Part shown: positions 55,001-61,000 of the stretch, in pieces
Numbering within the stretch: the first letter of the stretch is position 1
Layout of the letters: the number at the start of each line of letters is the position of its first letter
Assembly (NCBI GenBank): GCA_040285745.1
Contig: JAUFOR010000004.1
Coordinates: 1-64,000 of the forward strand
DNA: 64,000 nt
From: Barthelona sp. PCE
Taxonomy: Eukaryota
Direction: 5' to 3'
Translations under genes and position numbers: made by a program
Notes under the pieces: model-generated
Seen by the model: only the letters and a program-made list of their open reading frames with translations
Told to the model about the DNA's origin: nothing
The model's database searches: none

Positions 55001-58000
55001 AAGCGTTTCCGGTGATGTCAACATAGGTCTAGGTATTACTGGTACAGCAAGTGTTACTTTGGACACTATTGGTAATTTTAGGACTGCTTCAATTGTTCTT
55101 GTTGCACGTTTCCGAATCTATCGTGTAACAGGTAATATTGAACTTCAAACACAGCTTAATGTTCACGAGTCTAATATCATTGAAACGGTGAGTGGTAGTA
55201 TCACAATCCCAGGAGGTATCACTGTTGTTTCTGGATACATTTCAATGTCGTATATTGGTGGACATGGTACATTCCCTTTTATTAATGCTTATGCTGATCG
55301 TTATGACCACAATGCAATTGTATTACAGCATTTCAAGAACTCAGTTAACATAGCTCAATACGTTCGTGCTTCACGCGGTCGTATATACACAAACTGGATT
55401 CATGGTGGTCTTACTATTGGTCAGGACATCACAGCAAGTGATGGATTCTACAGAGCAGATTACGTTTTGGGTAATCTAACAGCTGAATCAATCTTTGGTC
55501 AATGGGGAGTTCGTATTCATCACACTCAGGGATATGTTATAACTGAATCTACTATTAAATGCGGTCGTAATGATGTTAGCGTTAACATTTATAATATTAC
55601 TGAATCAGTATTTGTTCCTAATGGATTTAACATGCCTGGATATTTATATATCAATACAATTGGTGGATCTTTAGTGTTCGCTGAAGTGAAAACTTATTAC
55701 TGTGGTTATATTCTGAATGTTCAGGGATCTCTAACTGTTAATGGAGATATATATATCAATAGTGGTAACAAAGGTACTTGTACTTCATATATTGATGAGA
55801 TTTCTGGTAACGTTTTTGTCGACGGTAATGTTCATCTTCGAGGATCTTATGTATACATCACTGATGTTGATGGATCCGTTGAAATTGATGGTGCATTAAC
55901 ACTGGTTGGTCACTCAAGCACGGCTACCTTAGGCCGAATTATAGGTAATGTTTTTATTCATGAAACTTTCTACAGCAATCAAGATTTGAGCATTCACACT
56001 ATTGGAGGTTGGTATTCTTCAAAATCATTCAATCTTGGTGAGAGTTTAACCATGAATAACGTTGGTTCATATGTGCGAGTTTATGGTGACGCCATCGCTG
56101 GTAATCATCACGTACAATTCACCAATATTGGTGGTGATCTTAACATTACAGGTACAATACAGACTACCAACCACTTTATTTACATTCATACAATAGGTGG
56201 AAGCGTTAATATTAACAAGTTTAAGCTACCTGGAAATATGGTTAAACATTGTAACTATGTTAGAAAATGTAAGGAAGTACTTCATGGATTTAAATGGTGG
56301 AAAGAATGTTGGGATCATTGCAACGCATATTATCTTCCCAGAACAACCGCTTACATTCAAACTGTAACTGGTCATGTTCATATTTACGGTGAGTTATATG
56401 TGCAAAATGTTTATTTCCACATATATAGTGTTGGAGATTATTTGCGATTACAAACTGTTAATTCTCATTATTCCGTTTCAGATATGTATGATATTACTAA
56501 TGATGTTTATATTGATGGTAAATTATACGTTACTGAAGGAGAAACTACATTTGGTCGCATTGGTGGTGATTTTACTGCTTACCAAGTTGAGATCAGAGGT
56601 ATGTTCCGTGTTGGTAAGGTTACGGGTAATGTTCACTTCTTAAGCAGCAACTACTTTAGGAAATATGGTTCTTATGCGTTCCGTAAAGCTCAAGATTTGG
56701 ATGGTTATTTGGGTCTTCCTGGAGACTTTTCTAAATTTGGTAACTATTATGGTTCTGTCATATCTAACATTGGTGGTACCATTGTCTTTGAATCAATTGT
56801 CGAAGTATCTGATGGTAGTATTGTAGGTGTAACTTCTAAGGATGTTACATTGAAGTCTGGTATATCAGGAACTGGTGTCGTACGATTTGAGCACATCACA
56901 GGTAACTTTACAGTTTTAGCAGATGTTTCACTCGGTTATTCAAGTAGTTTTGGCTGGTGGTCAGGATGCTATGACGTGTCTGGTTTTGCCCTTCACAATG
57001 GCTTTGTTACCATCAATTCCCGCTATTGGATGACCCATTATGTTTCTGAAAGTGTCATATATGAGAAACAAATCTCCGGTTCCGGTAAGTACATCCACGC
57101 TGATTATGTTACAAAGGATATCATCTTTACTACCATGGTTGGTACAGGTAGTTATGCAATGAATCATGTTGGTGGATCAGTTTTGTTTGATTACATTGAT
57201 CTCTCAACTGGTGAAGGTTACTTTAATGTAATTGGTGGAAATATTGTATGTGATTACATGACATTTAACAATATTTACAGTCATTTCTTCAACGTTGATG
57301 GTTTTATCTCTGCCAACAGTCTTACTTCTACATCTTCATCTTCTCCATTGAGGACGAATGAGTTTGATGATGTGTTCCGTGCCAATATTACAAGCATTGT
57401 GTTCAATTCCAATACTCGTATAACAGGTTCAACCAATATTGAGATTGTTAACTGGCAGCAGACAGGTGGTGTGTCATATATTTATGATGTCATCAATCTT
57501 GCCATAACCAACTACAAAACAACCGCAGGTTATGCTACTATTCGTTTCATTACTGACCAAGCAACATTTACAACATTCGAACCACTTGGTGGTTTCATTG
57601 AATTCGTTGAAATGCCTCATTCTGTTGTTTTCCCTGCTATTACGATCAATAATTGTGTATTGCAATTTACAAATTATCTGAGCAATCAACATATCAACAG
57701 TCTTACTCAAACAGGTGGTGAAGTCATATTCCAATCTCTCCGTACTGTTACTATTGCTAGTTATACAATGAGTGGTGGTATTCGTAGAGGTTCTGATCGT
57801 GTTGAGGTTTCTAGTATGAACTTTGAGGCTGGTCATCTTGAGGATGGTATCACAGCCTGTATGGCAGAGTGTAATTATACTACTTCTGGAACTAAACTGA
57901 TTGGTCGATCCAATTCAAACTGCTCATCTATCAACCTTGCACGCGGTGCGTTCATTAACGAAGCTGTCACCAATTTTGCATCTGATTTCTCTGAACTAAG

Positions 58001-61000
58001 TGGACGTTGTGGTGGTTCTTTCCAAAACCAAGGTACACTGAACATTGATAGCAGTATCATGAGATTTGTTCCTAATTTCCCAAGCACATGCGTCACATCA
58101 TTCCCTCAGTTTATTGAAGAGGGTGTAATTAACTTCAGCGATAAACTCAAACTTTTCGAGACGGAATGGCGCCTCATTGTTAAATCTGGTCATGATCTTG
58201 ATTTCAGAGCTATGTCTGACGCCACTATTGCTTTAGGTTCTGGTGGTATTGAATTCCATAGCACTATGTACTTCTGTAGAACATGTGCTTTTAAGATTTT
58301 CACCCTTCGAGATTGTGGTTATAAGCATGATTTTATTCCAGGTTGTGCTCTTGAGGGAGATGCAACGGAAATTGAACTTGTTGGTAACTTCGGTATTGAT
58401 ATTCGCTGTTCTTATCATCTCAGCAGTGTTCTTCGTGTTCCATCTGGAACTATTCGCTTCCTTGATGGTTCAGATCATTGGATCGATGAAGTGTACGTCA
58501 GTAGTATTGGTAATGTTGTGTTTGAAGAATCTCTTTATTCTAATGAAACTGTCTGGAATGTTCATATTGATAACACTGGTGGTACAATGGATCTTACTGA
58601 TCTTAGAAACGATGTTATTTTTGATGATCTTCTTCTGTACAACACTCAGTTCACAATGAACGATATCGATACAGTTACCAATGTTACAAACGGTTATATT
58701 GATCGTTCTACTCTTACACTAGATACATTTTCACCTAGTACTCCTATTAATTGGGGCAAGGTGGTTCTCAATTCAGGTGATATTCAATTTAAGACTGGAT
58801 ACCCTATCCATATTCATGATTTCACTATGAATCGTGTTAATGGGTATGTTGCACAGATAAGTGGAACAGATGCACGTAACTTTGATTTCTTCAACTATGA
58901 CTATGGTGTTATCTCTGCAGGTACTATCAATGTCAAGGAAAAAATGTTTTGGTTGTTTGATCAGTCAACTAGTCTCAGCAATGGTATATATCTTACTATT
59001 GAAGATGATATGTACATTGCACATAATTATGGTGGCAACTTACAGCTTGGTACTAGTACAACTCTACACATAGTTGATGGTGCAACTGCAACAGTTGATG
59101 GTGACATGACATTCAGTCACACAACTACTTCCAAGATTTATGTTGACGGTGCAATGAACGTTGCACAGCACTCAGACGTAATATTTACACAACAGCTGAC
59201 AATGGCATCAGGTTTATGTCCCAATGCTGGTACACTTAATGCATTTAAGAATTCAAATGTAACTCTTCGTTATGATTATATTGACGGTAATAAGGTTGAT
59301 GGATGTTGGAACTTTTATGATGAGGCTTATTTTAAGCTTGATCATTGGACATCAGGACAGACATATACTGATTATAATGGTCAGTCCACACTTGTTCTTA
59401 ACTCGCCAACTGGTCACCTTCGCATTATTCATCCCCAAGTTCGTTTCTATATGGATGGTACATATAATATGTCTCGTTCTTATTACCAAGACAAGGGTAT
59501 TGTTCACTTCCGTGATGGATCCAAAGCACGTCTTTCTGATTTGTATGTGTACGGAGGTGATCTCATCTTTACCGGTACAGCGCCTCTATTATTGCCTGGA
59601 GAAAGCGAAGCTCGTTGGGATATGAACAATGTTGACGTTCGAGCTCCTGGTAACCTTGTTATGGAAGTTATCGAATCAGTTATGGCAGTTTCAATCTACA
59701 CACAATACGGTGGTAACACAGTTTTCCGTGATTTGGCACAATTAGAAGGTGTTGATTACGTTTACATTTATGGTGGAACTGTTGAATTTATTACAGGTGA
59801 AACTATTTATCTGAAGGAGCTTCGTCTTGTTGGTGGTTGGAGAACTGGTAGCGATACTATCGTTACTGAAACGTTTGAGATCAGTTCTGGTGGTGCTATT
59901 GGACCATCTGATACGTATATCACACACTCTATGGATATTAGTAACTTCGAAAATAAGTATTTGCTCAATGCAGCTAACCTGTATTCGAACGCAACACAAG
60001 GTGCTTGGCGTGGTCGTGGACCATTGTTTGGTTGTCCAAACGTAATATTTGAGAACAATGGTACAATGGTTGTGCGTCAAAGTTTGTTCCTCAAACCTCT
60101 ACCTCGTGAACATACTCTTGCTAACAATTGTCCGCTTAATCTTCACCAAACTAATGAACGACCGACTTTCATTAACAATGGTGAGATCAGCTTTGTTGCA
60201 GCTGCATATTCCAATTTGGATTGGGTATTCCATGGTCGTAACAACACTAACCGTTTGTTGGTTGAAAGTTCTGAGGTTATATTAGGATACGGTGGTTATA
60301 CTAATGGTATTGCAAAAGTTTCATCCGGTGCTTCATTGAGTTTCTCATGTCCAAAGGGTGAAGAGGATGTTCGTTTTGAGAGGTTTACTGACTTTATATT
60401 TGAAGAGTCATCTGAGATTAAGGAGGATCATGGTCTTCCATACATGGGTTACCCCCGTTTCACTCTTCGAAACGAGTTATCAAATGTATTTGTTGATGGA
60501 TCATTCGATATGACGTCAGCTATCAGTATTGAAGAAGGTACACTTGATTTCCGTGATGGATCGGTCATTAACACAGTTAACGCATCCATTTCTGCTGATT
60601 ACAACAGAGTTACTGGACAATATATTGGTATTCTAATTTTCCGTGAGCTTTCAGTTGTTGAAAGTATGAGTCGTCTTGATGTTTTGAGTGGTGAAGTAAG
60701 ATTCCTCACTCTTAACGGTCAAGAATTGGATACTTTATTCTTCCAAGATGGTCGTGTCACAATTGGATATGAGAATGCTACTGTTAACAATTTCTTCTGG
60801 TACAAGGGTGTTGTTTACGGACCTGGTTCAATCATTATATTGAACGAGATGATGCTTTACAGTGATGGTGTTAAGTATATCAAGAGCGGTGGATTTATTC
60901 AGGCCACAAGCGATTTCTATATCAAGTCTTCCGGTTTTGTGTATATCGAAGGTGGTTCTGCATTTGTTGCAACACAGACAGCAACAACTTACTTTGAGAA

